DNA from: Allofournierella sp.
Lineage (GTDB): Bacteria; Bacillota; Clostridia; Oscillospirales; Ruminococcaceae
Reading direction: 5' to 3'
DNA length: 64,000 bases
Assembly: GCF_048388525.1 (NCBI RefSeq)
Contig: NZ_DBGCTQ010000092.1
Coordinates: forward strand, 442 to 64,441
In this document: in pieces, positions 45,621 to 55,111 of the stretch
How the letters are laid out: every line of letters begins with the position of its first letter
Position numbering within the stretch: the stretch's first letter is position 1
Notes under the pieces: model-generated
Database searches by the model: none
The model's input: only the letters and a program-made list of their open reading frames with translations
What the model was told of the DNA's origin: nothing
Made by a program: the position numbers and the translations under genes

Positions 45621-45886
45621 GTGGGAATTTGTTTGTGGCGCGCCGCCGCCTGCAGCATTTCGCTTTTGCGGGGCGCACAGACGCCTTTTTACCCATGGGC
45701 CCGGGAGGGGCGGCGCAGGGGCGGACAGGGGCGGGCAGGGACGGACACCGTGATTTTGTCTGTTTTTTTGCGAAAGATCGGGCAAGTTTCTGTTGACAAA
45801 CCGAACTTTCGGGGGTAAACTATAAAGGAATATAAAGGTTTTGCAGCGAGCGCTGTTTTGAGGCGCCGTTTGCCGGAGTTTTCTTT

Positions 45887-46444
45887 ATGCCGCATCTCAC
45901 GCCTTTGCTTTTGCAGCAGGCCCAGGCCGGGCAGGAAACCGCCATTGCGGCGGTGCTGGCCCACATGATGCCCATGCTCCGCCGCTGTGCCGCCCAGGGA
46001 GTATGCCCTGGCCTTGAGTACGATGACGCGGTGCAGGAGGGGATCATCGGCCTGTTCAGCGCGGTCAAAATGTTCGACGCCTCCAGGGGCGCTGCTTTCG
46101 AGACCTATGCCTCCACCTGCATTCAAAACGCGGTCATTGCCGCGCAGCGGGCCGCGGGCCGCAAAAAGCACGGCCCCCTGAATCAAAGCGTGCCCCTGGA
46201 AGAAAACCATCCCGCCCCCGGTCCCGAGGAGATCGCCATCCGCAACGAGCAGATGAACGCCACCTTTCAGGCCATTCACACCCGCCTTTCCGGTTTTGAG
46301 CAGGAAGTGCTCGCCCTATTTATAGACGGCAACAGCTACGAGCAGATCGCCCGGCAGTTGGGCCGCACCCCCAAGGCGGTGGAAAACGCGCTGTTCCGTC
46401 TGCGCCGCAAGCTGCGCCAGGAACAACCTATTTCCAAGCTGTAA
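45887..46444 (+). CDS. sigma-70 family RNA polymerase sigma factor (compact, regions 2 and 4 only)
   Basis: Region 2 is DDAVQEGIIGLFSAVKMFD...FETYASTCIQN. Region 4 is SYEQIARQLGRTPKAVENALFRLRRKL. Promoter TTGACA-17-TAAACT at 45793..45821. Confidence 0.8.
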   Translation: MPHLTPLLLQQAQAGQETAIAAVLAHMMPMLRRCAAQGVCPGLEYDDAVQEGIIGLFSAVKMFDASRGAAFETYASTCIQNAVIAAQRAAGRKKHGPLNQSVPLEENHPAPGPEEIAIRNEQMNATFQAIHTRLSGFEQEVLALFIDGNSYEQIARQLGRTPKAVENALFRLRRKLRQEQPISKL

Positions 46445-46568
46445 ACCCGGTTTTGGGTTTACCATATATGCCCCTGTAGCTTAACATTTAGAGCATTGGT
46501 CCTGACCAAAGGTGACGGTTGAAATCCTTCCGCGGGCAAAAAAACAAAATGCAGAGGAGATATCTAGC

Positions 46569-46847
46569 ATGTTCGAAGACAAGACCCTGGTATGCAAAGA
46601 GTGCGGCAACGAGTTTGTGTTCACCGCCGGTGAGCAGGAATTCTACGCCAGCCGTGGCTTTGAGAATGAGCCTCAGCGCTGCAAGAGCTGCCGCGACGCC
46701 CGCAAGAACGCCACCCGCGGTACCCGTGAGATGTACGAAGCCACCTGCGCCGCCTGCGGCAAGGTTGCCCGCGTGCCCTTCCAGCCCCGTGAAGACCGTC
46801 CTGTGTATTGCAGCGAGTGCTTCGCCAAGATGAAGGAAGAGCAGTAA
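46569..46847 (+). CDS. double zinc-ribbon (CxxC-x17-CxxC type) small protein
   Basis: ATG at 46569 after GAGGAGA. CKECGNEFVFTAGEQEFYASRGFENEPQRCKSCR and CAACGKVARVPFQPREDRPVYCSECF. Confidence 0.75.
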   Translation: MFEDKTLVCKECGNEFVFTAGEQEFYASRGFENEPQRCKSCRDARKNATRGTREMYEATCAACGKVARVPFQPREDRPVYCSECFAKMKEEQ

Positions 46848-46860
46848 TCTTTGCAAGCAA

Positions 46861-46894
46861 AAAGAGCGCTCCCGCCAGGGGGCGCTCTTTTCTT
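46861..46894 (+). terminator. Rho-independent terminator
   Basis: AAAGAGCGCTCCC-GCCA-GGGGGCGCTCTTT followed by TCTT. Confidence 0.6.
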
Positions 46895-46961
46895 GTGTTT
46901 TTGTGTGCTTTGCGGTACAATAAACCAGACCAAACTCTTTCAAAAAAGGGAGCCTGACGCG

Positions 46962-49226
46962 ATGAAACAGCCTGTTCACGATTGGATCCGGGCGCACCGC
47001 CGCCTGGTTGCCGGGGCCGCTGTGACCCTGGCGGCTGCCCTGTGCCTGGCGTGGGTGGGGTACAGCCTGCACCACGCCTGCAAGAACGTGAGCCAGTATG
47101 AGATCGTGCACGACGGCTATGTGGAAAAGCAGGGCCTGTACCCCGCAGACCCGGCGGCGGGCCTTACCCAGGTGCTGCGCACCGAGCCGGGGGTGACGCT
47201 GTACGGGGTGCGGCTGATGTTCGTGACAGGGGGCCGGGTGGCGCAGGGGAGCCTGACCGTGCGGCTGCTGAGCGGAGAAACGCTGCTGGCCACGAGCGTG
47301 AGCGACATGACCGCGCTGCTGGACGGCGCGTTTGTGGATATTCTGTTTGACCGGCCGGTGGTGATGCAGCAGGGGCAGGCCTACAGCCTTGCCGTCACCG
47401 CGGCGCCCGCAGCGCCGGAGGATGCGGTGGGGCTGGTATACGGCGAGGGGAGCATGGCCGACCCGGCGCTGCCTCTTGTGGACGCGCTTTCCCCCGACCG
47501 GCCGGGCCGCACAGCGGCACTGCAGTATATCACCAACTACACCGGTACGCGCTTTGCCCTGAAAGCCTTCGCGCCCCTGGCGGCCCTGGTGCTGCTGGCG
47601 GTGGCGGGCGGCTGGTGGCTGCTGTTCGTGAAACGGGCCAAGGCCCATTGGAGCTTTGCGTACCTGGCCGCGCTGCTGGGGCTGGCCTTTGCACTGGTCA
47701 CGCCGCCGCTGGCGGGGCCGGACGAATATGTGCACGCGGCGGGAGCCTATGCTCTGGCCAGCCAGCTGACCGGCCAGCCCGGGGTGGAGAGCGCGTACGA
47801 TGAAGACGGCGTCTACCGTTCCCGGCTGGCCATGCGCGCCTGCGATGCGCCCCACATGCGCGCGGTTTCGGGCGAGATCGGCGCCATTGCCTACAAGGAA
47901 ATGGCGGACGGCCTGTTCAGCGCCGGCAACAGCGGCGCACTGACCGCCGCGGCGGCGGTGCGGGCGCCCTACAATGTGCAGCCGGTACAGTATCTGCCGC
48001 AGGCGCTGGGGATGCTGCTGGCGCGGACGCTGGGGCTGGGCTTTTATGCCATGCTGCTGCTGGGGCGGCTTGCCAACCTGGCGGCTTATGTGGCGCTGGC
48101 AGCGCTGGCCGTGCGCTTTGCCCCGGCGGGCAAGAACATTTTCTTTGCGGTGGGGCTGCTGCCCATGTGCCTGGCGCTGGCAGGCAGCCTTTCGGCGGAC
48201 ACGGCGGTGCTGGGCCTGGCGTTTTTGCTGAGCGCGCTGTGCCTGCGGGGGGCCTGTGAGCAGCGGGCGATGAGCCTTGGGGCGCAGGCGTGCGTGCTGG
48301 TGCTGGCGGCGCTGCTGGCACCGGCCAAGGCGATTTATATCCTGCTGGTGAGCCTGTGCTTTTTCATCCGGCCCGAAAACCTGGGGGGGCGGGCGCGCAG
48401 CCGGGCGTACAAGGGCCTGGTATGTGCGGCGGCCCTGGGGGGCTGGGTGTTGGCGAACGGCGCCACCGTGGCATATATGTTCCGCAGTGTGGATGTGGAG
48501 CGGCTGGCGCTGGCAGCGGCGCCCCTGGCGGTGCTGGGGGTCCTGGCGGCGGCCGCCTGGCTGCGGTGGAAAAAAAGCCCGGCCTTTCGCCGGGGCGCGG
48601 TGATCGGCGGCGCGGTGCTGGCGGCGGTGCTGGCGGCGGTGGCCGTGTGGGTCGCGGGCAACAGCGGCGAGACGCTCACCCCCGAGGAGTATGCCGCCGG
48701 CATTCAGCCCAACGGCGAATCGGTCTACGTGTTCAGCGCGGGCTACATCGTTTCACACCTGCCCCAGACCTTCAAGCTGCTGGCAAACACCCTGGGCAGG
48801 GAGCTGCCCACCTACCTTCAGGGGTTGGTGGGGGCGCTGCCGGGCGAACCCATCGTGTACGGCCTGGAGATCAGCTGGACCCTGACGCTGGGGCTGCTGC
48901 TGGTACTGCTGGCCAGCTGCCTGCGGCAACAGGGCCGGCCCCCCCGGCTGCACGGCCGGGGCCGCTGGCTGCTGGGCGGGGTGTGCCTGGGGGTGACAGC
49001 GCTGATGGTGCTGGCGAACGTGAGCTGGACCCCCATCAACAGCGCGACCGTTTTTGGGATTCAGGGGCGGTATCTGCTGCCCGTGCTGCCGCTGGCGCTG
49101 CTGCTGCTGGGCGAGTGCGACACCGTTTGCCTGAAACGGGATTCCTCGCGCGGGCTGCGCTTTTGCAGCGCGGCGCTGGCGGCGGCCACGGCGCTGGAAA
49201 GCCTGGTTTTATTTGCCACTGCGTGA
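46962..49226 (+). CDS. DUF2142-type polytopic membrane protein (GT-C-like putative glycosyltransferase)
   Basis: ATG at 46962. About 754 aa with many helices. PPLAGPDEYVHAAGAY resembles the DUF2142 signature. The family name is from memory. Confidence 0.65.
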   Translation: MKQPVHDWIRAHRRLVAGAAVTLAAALCLAWVGYSLHHACKNVSQYEIVHDGYVEKQGLYPADPAAGLTQVLRTEPGVTLYGVRLMFVTGGRVAQGSLTVRLLSGETLLATSVSDMTALLDGAFVDILFDRPVVMQQGQAYSLAVTAAPAAPEDAVGLVYGEGSMADPALPLVDALSPDRPGRTAALQYITNYTGTRFALKAFAPLAALVLLAVAGGWWLLFVKRAKAHWSFAYLAALLGLAFALVTPPLAGPDEYVHAAGAYALASQLTGQPGVESAYDEDGVYRSRLAMRACDAPHMRAVSGEIGAIAYKEMADGLFSAGNSGALTAAAAVRAPYNVQPVQYLPQALGMLLARTLGLGFYAMLLLGRLANLAAYVALAALAVRFAPAGKNIFFAVGLLPMCLALAGSLSADTAVLGLAFLLSALCLRGACEQRAMSLGAQACVLVLAALLAPAKAIYILLVSLCFFIRPENLGGRARSRAYKGLVCAAALGGWVLANGATVAYMFRSVDVERLALAAAPLAVLGVLAAAAWLRWKKSPAFRRGAVIGGAVLAAVLAAVAVWVAGNSGETLTPEEYAAGIQPNGESVYVFSAGYIVSHLPQTFKLLANTLGRELPTYLQGLVGALPGEPIVYGLEISWTLTLGLLLVLLASCLRQQGRPPRLHGRGRWLLGGVCLGVTALMVLANVSWTPINSATVFGIQGRYLLPVLPLALLLLGECDTVCLKRDSSRGLRFCSAALAAATALESLVLFATA

Positions 49227-49346
49227 GGTTGCAAAAATGGCGCAAATCGGCTATAGTAATAAGAACGGGACGCGCCTGGAACAGGCGGCCCGAGGCCCTG
49301 AAACGGGCCGCTGGATCAGCTTTTGAGAGAAAGAGAGATAAGTACC

Positions 49347-49547
49347 ATGACCATTACCAAACAGACCATCATCGGCGATATTCTGGATACCGACAATTCG
49401 GTGGCCCCGCTGTTCCTGGCCATCGGGATGCACTGCCTGGGCTGCCCTGCCAGCCGGGGCGAAACCATTGAACAGGCCTGCGCGGTGCACGGCACCGACC
49501 CGGACGAGCTGGTGGCCCGGCTGAACGCCCATTTTGGCAATGCCTGA
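49347..49547 (+). CDS. DUF1858 domain protein (hybrid-cluster-protein-associated redox disulfide type)
   Basis: MTITKQTIIGDILDTD...APLFLAIGMHCLGCPASRGETIEQACAVHG. Confidence 0.7.
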   Translation: MTITKQTIIGDILDTDNSVAPLFLAIGMHCLGCPASRGETIEQACAVHGTDPDELVARLNAHFGNA

Positions 49548-50223
49548 AGCCCCCCGGCTGGACGCGCGCCTGCTGGCGGCCGCCCGGCTGGTAAAGCCGG
49601 GGCTGCCCGCGGCGGACGTGGGCTGCGACCACGGCAAGCTGGCGGCGTGGCTGGCCTGCACCGGGACCTGCCCGAAAGTGATCGCCTGCGATTTACGCCC
49701 GGGGCCCCTTGCGGCGGCAAAAGCCACCTGCGAGGGCAGCGGCTGCGCCGACAGGGTGGAGCTGCGGCTGGGCAGCGGGCTGGAGGTGGTGCGCCCCGGC
49801 GAGGTGGGCACGGTGGTGCTGGCCGGCATCAGCGCACAGACCATCATCGAGATTCTGCAGGCGGCCCCTTGGGTGCGCAGCGCGGCCGTTCGGCTGGTGT
49901 GCGTGCCCGCCACCAAGGCGCCCGTGCTGCGCGGTTGGCTGTGGCGGCAGGGGTTCGCGCTGCGGCAGGAAACCCTGGCCCGCGCGGCGGGCCGCTGGTA
50001 CACCGCTATGTGCGCCGAATACTGCGGCACGCCCCGCGAGCCGGGCGGAATGGAATGCCTGCTGGGGCTTACATACGGCCAGCCGGGTGCGGATGAATAC
50101 CGGCGGCAGGAGACCGAAAAACTGCAGAAGTACCGCAGGGGCCTTTCGCACTACCCCGCCCGGGCGGCAGAGGTGGACGCGCTGCTGTGTGAGTTGCGGC
50201 AACAAGAGCGAGGAGAGAGATAA
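49540..50223 (+). CDS. trmK: tRNA (adenine22-N1)-methyltransferase TrmK-like
   Basis: LDARLLAAARLV...ADVGCDHGKLAAWL...IACDLRPGPL...VLAGISAQTIIEIL. The trmK-nif3 pairing is conserved. Confidence 0.78.
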   Translation: MPEAPRLDARLLAAARLVKPGLPAADVGCDHGKLAAWLACTGTCPKVIACDLRPGPLAAAKATCEGSGCADRVELRLGSGLEVVRPGEVGTVVLAGISAQTIIEILQAAPWVRSAAVRLVCVPATKAPVLRGWLWRQGFALRQETLARAAGRWYTAMCAEYCGTPREPGGMECLLGLTYGQPGADEYRRQETEKLQKYRRGLSHYPARAAEVDALLCELRQQERGER

Positions 50224-50227
50224 AGCG

Positions 50228-50977
50228 ATGGCGAAGATCGAAGAAGTGCAGCAGTTTTTGCAGCAGCTTGCCCCGGCAGGCCTTGCCGCCCCCTGGGACA
50301 ACGTGGGGGTATTGGTGGACTGCGCGGCCGACGTGACCAGCATCCTGGTCTCGCTGGACATCACCGACGAGGTGGTGGCCGAGGCCGAGATCCAGGGCTG
50401 CCAGCTGATCGTGGCGCACCACCCGGTGATCTTTAAGCCCATGAGCCGCATCGGCCGGGGCGACGTGCCCTTCCGCATGATCAAGAAGAATATTTCCGCC
50501 CTGTGCGCCCACACCAACCTGGACGCGGCCGAGGGCGGCGTGAACGACATCCTGTGCAAACTGTTCGGCGTGGGTTCCGCGCGCCCCTTTGGCGAGGGGG
50601 ATCTGGGCCGGGTGGGGCAGGTGCGCACCACCGGCGCGGCGCAGCTGGCGGCCCAGTGCAAGGCGACCCTGAACGCCCCCAGCGTAAAGCTGGTGGATAC
50701 CGGCCGGCCCATCTCCACCCTGGCGGTGGTGGGCGGCAGCGGCGGTGATATGCTGGCCGCGGCGGCGGCCGCGGGGGCCGACGCGCTGCTGACCGGCGAG
50801 GCGAAGCACCACGACGCGCTGGAGGCAAAGCGCCTGGGCGTGAGCCTGATCGCCGCCGGGCACTACTCGACGGAATTCCCCATTGTACCGGTGCTGGCCG
50901 ACAAGCTGGCCAAGCGCTTTAACGGCGTGCGGGTGCTGTGCAGCCGCCGCAACAAGGAGCCCTTTACCTATCTGTAA
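50228..50977 (+). CDS. Nif3-like dinuclear metal centre protein
   Basis: ATG at 50228. ...APWDNVGVLV..., QLIVAHHPVIFKP, HTNLDAAEGGVND and AAGHYSTE. Confidence 0.85.
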   Translation: MAKIEEVQQFLQQLAPAGLAAPWDNVGVLVDCAADVTSILVSLDITDEVVAEAEIQGCQLIVAHHPVIFKPMSRIGRGDVPFRMIKKNISALCAHTNLDAAEGGVNDILCKLFGVGSARPFGEGDLGRVGQVRTTGAAQLAAQCKATLNAPSVKLVDTGRPISTLAVVGGSGGDMLAAAAAAGADALLTGEAKHHDALEAKRLGVSLIAAGHYSTEFPIVPVLADKLAKRFNGVRVLCSRRNKEPFTYL

Positions 50978-50992
50978 ACAGGAGCGTGCCCT

Positions 50993-51628
50993 ATGCTGCG
51001 TCACAAAAAGGAAGATCAGCTTGGCTACAACCGAGAGATGTTCGGCGAACCTGCGCCGGGGCGGGGAGAGGAAGCCGCGCCGCTGCCCGGAGTGCCGGAG
51101 AGCGATCTGCTGGAGCGGCAGCTGGGGCCCGGCGAGACCGTGATCTGGCGGGGCAAACCGCAAAAGCTGCACCCGGCGGGCGGCGCCTTTGGCAGGCTGT
51201 TCGGCTGGGTCTGGCTGGGATTTGCCTGCTTTTGGGAGCTGATCGCCCTCACCGTGCTGCTGCGCACCGGGATTGTGGGCCTGCTGTTCCCACTGTTTGG
51301 GATCCCCTTTGTCCTGATTGGCCTGAAGCTGGTGTTTCCGAATCTGCTTGGCAAACGGCGCCTTGCCGGTACGGTGTATGCCGTGACCAACCGGCGGGTG
51401 CTGGTCGTTACCGAGAGCCGGGTGACCGCTTGGCCTGTGAGCAGCATTGAGGGTGTGGAGAAGCGCTACTACAGCGACGGCACCGGTGATCTGGTGCTGG
51501 ACGGCGGCCAGACCCGCACCACCTGGAACGACGGGCACGCCCACACCCGCAGCGTGACGCTGGACCTTTTGGGCCTGGCGGACGTGGACGCCGCCGAGGC
51601 CGCGCTGCGCAGCCAGCTGATGGTTTGA
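50993..51628 (+). CDS. membrane protein with two central helices, hypothetical
   Basis: 211 aa. ...VIWRGKPQK... is followed by two hydrophobic helices and a soluble C-terminal beta-rich part. Confidence 0.5.
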   Translation: MLRHKKEDQLGYNREMFGEPAPGRGEEAAPLPGVPESDLLERQLGPGETVIWRGKPQKLHPAGGAFGRLFGWVWLGFACFWELIALTVLLRTGIVGLLFPLFGIPFVLIGLKLVFPNLLGKRRLAGTVYAVTNRRVLVVTESRVTAWPVSSIEGVEKRYYSDGTGDLVLDGGQTRTTWNDGHAHTRSVTLDLLGLADVDAAEAALRSQLMV

Positions 51629-51732
51629 TCGCTTTGCGCCGTGCCCTTTGTTTCGGCACGGCGCTTTTTGTATTTTGCTGCCGGGGGGGCCGGCGGCCTG
51701 TTATACCTTATTATATAGAGAGGTGATCGTTT

Positions 51733-53472
51733 ATGGCGCTGGACGCCGCGCTTTTGGACCTGTGTGCCCGGGAACTCAAGGCCGCCCTGCGGGACTGCCG
51801 GATCGACAAGATCTTTGAGCCGACCCGCGACGAGGTGGTGCTTACCCTGCGCACCCGGACCGACACCCACCGGCTGCTGCTGTCGGCCCGCAGCGGGTCG
51901 GCCCGGGCCTGCCTGACCGGCGAGAGCTTTGAAAACCCCCAAACGCCGCCCAGCTTCTGCATGCTGCTGCGCAAGCACCTCACCGGGGGCCGCCTGATGG
52001 ACCTGTGGGTGGAGCCGGGCGACCGGCTGCTGTTTTTTCGGTTTCAGTGCACCAATGAGATGGGGGATCTGGTGCAGAATGTGCTGGCGGTGGAACTGAT
52101 GGGCCGGTATTCCAACCTGGTGCTCACCCGGGAGGGGCGAATTGTGGACGCGCTGAAACGGGTGGATTTTGAGGACTCGGAGATCCGCCAGCTGCTGCCG
52201 GGCCTGGCCTATACTCTGCCGCCAAAGCCCGCGAAGCCCGACTTCTTTTCGGTGAGCGCCGAGGAGCTGGCGGCGGCGGCCTGCCAAAAGGACCTGCCCG
52301 TGGCCGACGCGCTGATGCGCAGCTGCGCCGGGGTGGGGCCGGTGGTTTGCCGCGAGGCGGCCTACCGGGCATTGGGAGAAGGCGCGCACCTGGCCGACGC
52401 GCTGAGCGAAGGCCAGCGGGAGGCACTGATCGCGGCGCTGCGGGCCATCCGGGCCGATTACGAGGCCGGCGGCCGGCCCTGCCTTGCGGCGGATGACACC
52501 GGCCGCCCGGTGGAGTTCAGCTTTACCCCCCTGACCCAGTACGGGCAGGAGCGGCTGCACAGCTTCGATTCTTTCAGCGGCATGCTGGAGGCTTACTATT
52601 GCCAGAAGGACCGGGCAGAACGGCTGCGGCAAAAAAGCAAGGATCTGCAGAAAACCGTGAAAAACCTGCACGAGCGCGCCATCCGCAAGCAGGCCGCCCG
52701 CAAAGAAGAACTGGCCCAAAGCGGCAGAGCAGATCAGCTGCGCCTGTGCGGGGAGCTGCTGCAGGCAAACCTGTGGGCGGTGGAAAAGGGCGCGCGCAGC
52801 GTTACCGTGACCAATTATTACGACGGCCAGCCCCTGGAGATCCGGCTGGACCCGCGGCTGCCTGCCAATGCCAACGCCCAGAAATACTTTAAGGAGTACA
52901 AGAAAAAGCAGACCGCCGCAAAGATGCTGGTAAAGCTGCTGGAGCAGGGCGAGCAGGAGATCGAGTACCTGGCCACCGTGCTGTACGAGGTGGAATCGGC
53001 GCCGGGCGAGCAGGCGCTGGGCGAGATCCGGGCCGAGCTCAAGAGCCAGGGATACCTGAAATACTATAAGCTGCGGGACAAAAAGCAAAAGCCCGCCGAT
53101 TTTTACCGCTACCGCTCCACCGAAGGTTTTTTGATTCTGGTGGGCCGCAACAACCTGCAAAACGAAAAGCTCACCCTGCATACCGCGCGGGGCAGGGATT
53201 TGTGGTTTCATGTGAAGAACGCCCCCGGCAGCCACACGGTGGTGATGAGCGAGGGAAAGGAAATCCCGCTGGCCACCCGGAACGAGGCGGCGCAGCTGGC
53301 GGTGCTGCATTCCAGCCTTGCGGGCGGGGTAAAGGTGCCGGTGGACTACACGATTGTGAAGAACATCCGCAAAACCGGCGATCTGAAACCCGGCATGGTT
53401 TTGTATGACAGCTACGAGACCGCTTACGTGACCCCGGAGGAGGGCCTGCAGGAAAAGCTGCGGCTCAAATAG
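51733..53472 (+). CDS. rqcH: ribosome quality-control factor RqcH (NFACT / FbpA family)
   Basis: 579 aa. MALDAALLDLCARELKAALRDCRIDKIFEPTRDEVVLTL is NFACT-N. Central coiled coil. NFACT-R with ...DLWFHVKNAPGSHTVV... Confidence 0.87.
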   Translation: MALDAALLDLCARELKAALRDCRIDKIFEPTRDEVVLTLRTRTDTHRLLLSARSGSARACLTGESFENPQTPPSFCMLLRKHLTGGRLMDLWVEPGDRLLFFRFQCTNEMGDLVQNVLAVELMGRYSNLVLTREGRIVDALKRVDFEDSEIRQLLPGLAYTLPPKPAKPDFFSVSAEELAAAACQKDLPVADALMRSCAGVGPVVCREAAYRALGEGAHLADALSEGQREALIAALRAIRADYEAGGRPCLAADDTGRPVEFSFTPLTQYGQERLHSFDSFSGMLEAYYCQKDRAERLRQKSKDLQKTVKNLHERAIRKQAARKEELAQSGRADQLRLCGELLQANLWAVEKGARSVTVTNYYDGQPLEIRLDPRLPANANAQKYFKEYKKKQTAAKMLVKLLEQGEQEIEYLATVLYEVESAPGEQALGEIRAELKSQGYLKYYKLRDKKQKPADFYRYRSTEGFLILVGRNNLQNEKLTLHTARGRDLWFHVKNAPGSHTVVMSEGKEIPLATRNEAAQLAVLHSSLAGGVKVPVDYTIVKNIRKTGDLKPGMVLYDSYETAYVTPEEGLQEKLRLK

Positions 53473-53549
53473 CGGATGACAAACCGCCCCTTTATCTGGT
53501 ATACTGAAAAAAAGGGGAGAAAGCCGCCCCAAAAGAGGAGTGAACCAGT

Positions 53550-54146
53550 ATGTACTGTAAAAAATGCGGCGCGTACTTACCCGACGACGCCCTGGTGTGC
53601 ACCGCCTGCGGCGCACCCGTGAGCGCCCCCGCCGCGCGGCCCGGGGAGGGGGCGGCTGTGCCGCCCGCCGCCCCGCCTGCGGCTGCCCCCGGCGACCCCT
53701 TTGCGGGCCACGCGCCGGCCCCGGCAGCGCCGCCGCTGCCCACTGCGCCCGAGGCAGCGCCGCCGCCCGCCCCGCAGCCCCAGGGCGCCGGACCGGCGTA
53801 CCAGCAGCGGCCGGGCCCCGCGCCCGCCGGCCAGCCGCCGGTCTACCAGCAGGGCGCTTACCCGCCGCAGGGCTACCAGGCGCCCGCCTATGCGCGCCAC
53901 GCCTACGCGCCGCCGCCTCCAGAGGAGCCGGTGGGAACCGGGGAATGGGTGTGGACCATCCTTGTGAGCGTGATCCCGCTGGTGGGGCTGGTTTTGCTGC
54001 TCGTCTGGGCGTTTGGGGGGAACACCAAGATCGGCAAGCGCAACTGGGCGCGGGCCATGCTGATTTTCAGTGCCGCAGCCGTGGCGTTTTACATCCTAGT
54101 GTTCATTATTGCGCTGGTGGGCGTGGGCACGGGATATTATTTCTGA
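53550..54146 (+). CDS. zinc-ribbon / proline-rich / two-helix membrane protein
   Basis: MYCKKCGAYLPDDALVCTACG, then a Pro/Ala/Gln-rich linker of about 100 aa, then two helices. AAGAGGAG RBS. Confidence 0.6.
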   Translation: MYCKKCGAYLPDDALVCTACGAPVSAPAARPGEGAAVPPAAPPAAAPGDPFAGHAPAPAAPPLPTAPEAAPPPAPQPQGAGPAYQQRPGPAPAGQPPVYQQGAYPPQGYQAPAYARHAYAPPPPEEPVGTGEWVWTILVSVIPLVGLVLLLVWAFGGNTKIGKRNWARAMLIFSAAAVAFYILVFIIALVGVGTGYYF

Positions 54147-54287
54147 AAAAAACACGGACGCTGCCCCTTCCGGCCAGGGCCGGAGGGGGCGTTTGGCGCC
54201 TTGCGGCGCTGAAAAATCAGCGGACGGCGCTTTTGAGCAAAACAGAGAAAAGTGCCAAAAAAATTCTAACTTTTTTACAAAAAAGCC

Positions 54288-54316
54288 TTGCAACGCCCGG
54301 GCCTGTGTGTTACAAT
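54288..54316 (+). promoter_or_regulatory. sigma70-type promoter of the S10 operon
   Basis: TTGCAA (54288..54293), 17-nt spacer, TACAAT (54311..54316). This implies a leader of about 320 nt before rpsJ. Confidence 0.5.
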
Positions 54317-54642
54317 AGCACTTGGCTGCAAATGGCTTGTGTAGCAAGCTGCGCAAGCCGCGATATGCGTTGATGCGGGAGGTTGCCGTAGTAATACGGG
54401 TTTTTCCGCGGAGTATGTCCGATCTAGAACCGGGCGAAAGAATTACTGAGAGCAAAGGGATACGTACTCTGTCGCATTCCGCGCGGCGTACCAATGTCCA
54501 ACTTAATTTGCCACAGGTCTGTCCGGGGGAACTGCGGATGCGGTTCACCGGATTTTCTCGTGCCAAATTGTGAAACACCCGGCGCTGTGTTCAGTAATTT
54601 GTCGGCTCGCCTAGGCACCAAAAAATATAGGAGGCGAACAAA

Positions 54643-54954
54643 ATGGCAGTCAAGGAAAAAATCAGGATTCGTTTGCAGAGCTACGATCATCAGCTGGTCG
54701 ACGCCGCTGCGGAGAAGATCGTGGAGACCGCGAAGCGCACCGGCGCCCGCGTGTCCGGCCCCATTCCTCTCCCCACCGACAAGGAAGTGGTGACCATCCT
54801 GCGCGCTGTTCACAAGTATAAGGACAGCCGCGAACAGTTTGAGAACCGTACCCACAAGCGCCTGATCGACATCCTGAAGCCGTCGAACAAGACGGTCGAG
54901 GCTCTTACGAGCCTGCAGCTCCCCGCCGGCGTAGACATCGAGATCAAACTGTAA
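54643..54954 (+). CDS. rpsJ: 30S ribosomal protein S10
   Basis: [20 protein letters not shown]...; GGAGG RBS; first gene of the conserved S10-spc order. Confidence 0.97.
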   Translation: MAVKEKIRIRLQSYDHQLVDAAAEKIVETAKRTGARVSGPIPLPTDKEVVTILRAVHKYKDSREQFENRTHKRLIDILKPSNKTVEALTSLQLPAGVDIEIKL

Positions 54955-55111
54955 CCCCACCTTTTAAATCAGTAAGGGCGGCCCCCGAGCCGCCAACTGC
55001 TGAGGGAGTTTGCAGAACCGATCCCGCTGCCGAAAGCTGCGGAGAGGTCATGTTGGCGCTGTAAAGTTACTCGCGGCGTCAACCAATAACCTTTTACAGG
55101 AGGAAAGAAAA

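Noticed and set aside
45703-45740. Cluster of seven G-runs (GGGAGGGGCGGCGCAGGGGCGGACAGGGGCGGGCAGGG) between tRNA-Leu and the sigma-factor gene; possible G-quadruplex.
   Set aside because: G-runs are expected by chance in intergenic DNA of a GC-rich genome, and I have no supporting evidence of function. It is noted only as a curiosity.
48290-49471. 393-aa plus-strand ORF in an alternative frame of the DUF2142 gene.
   Set aside because: The alternative frame is Gly/Ala/Arg/Pro-rich. The annotated frame gives a coherent polytopic membrane protein.
51469-53616. 715-aa ORF antisense to rqcH.
   Set aside because: It is antisense to a clearly homologous NFACT gene and has no motifs.
54322-54573. 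83-aa plus-strand ORF inside the S10 leader.
   Set aside because: It has no RBS, odd composition and no similarity to anything I recognise. The region is better explained as a non-coding leader.
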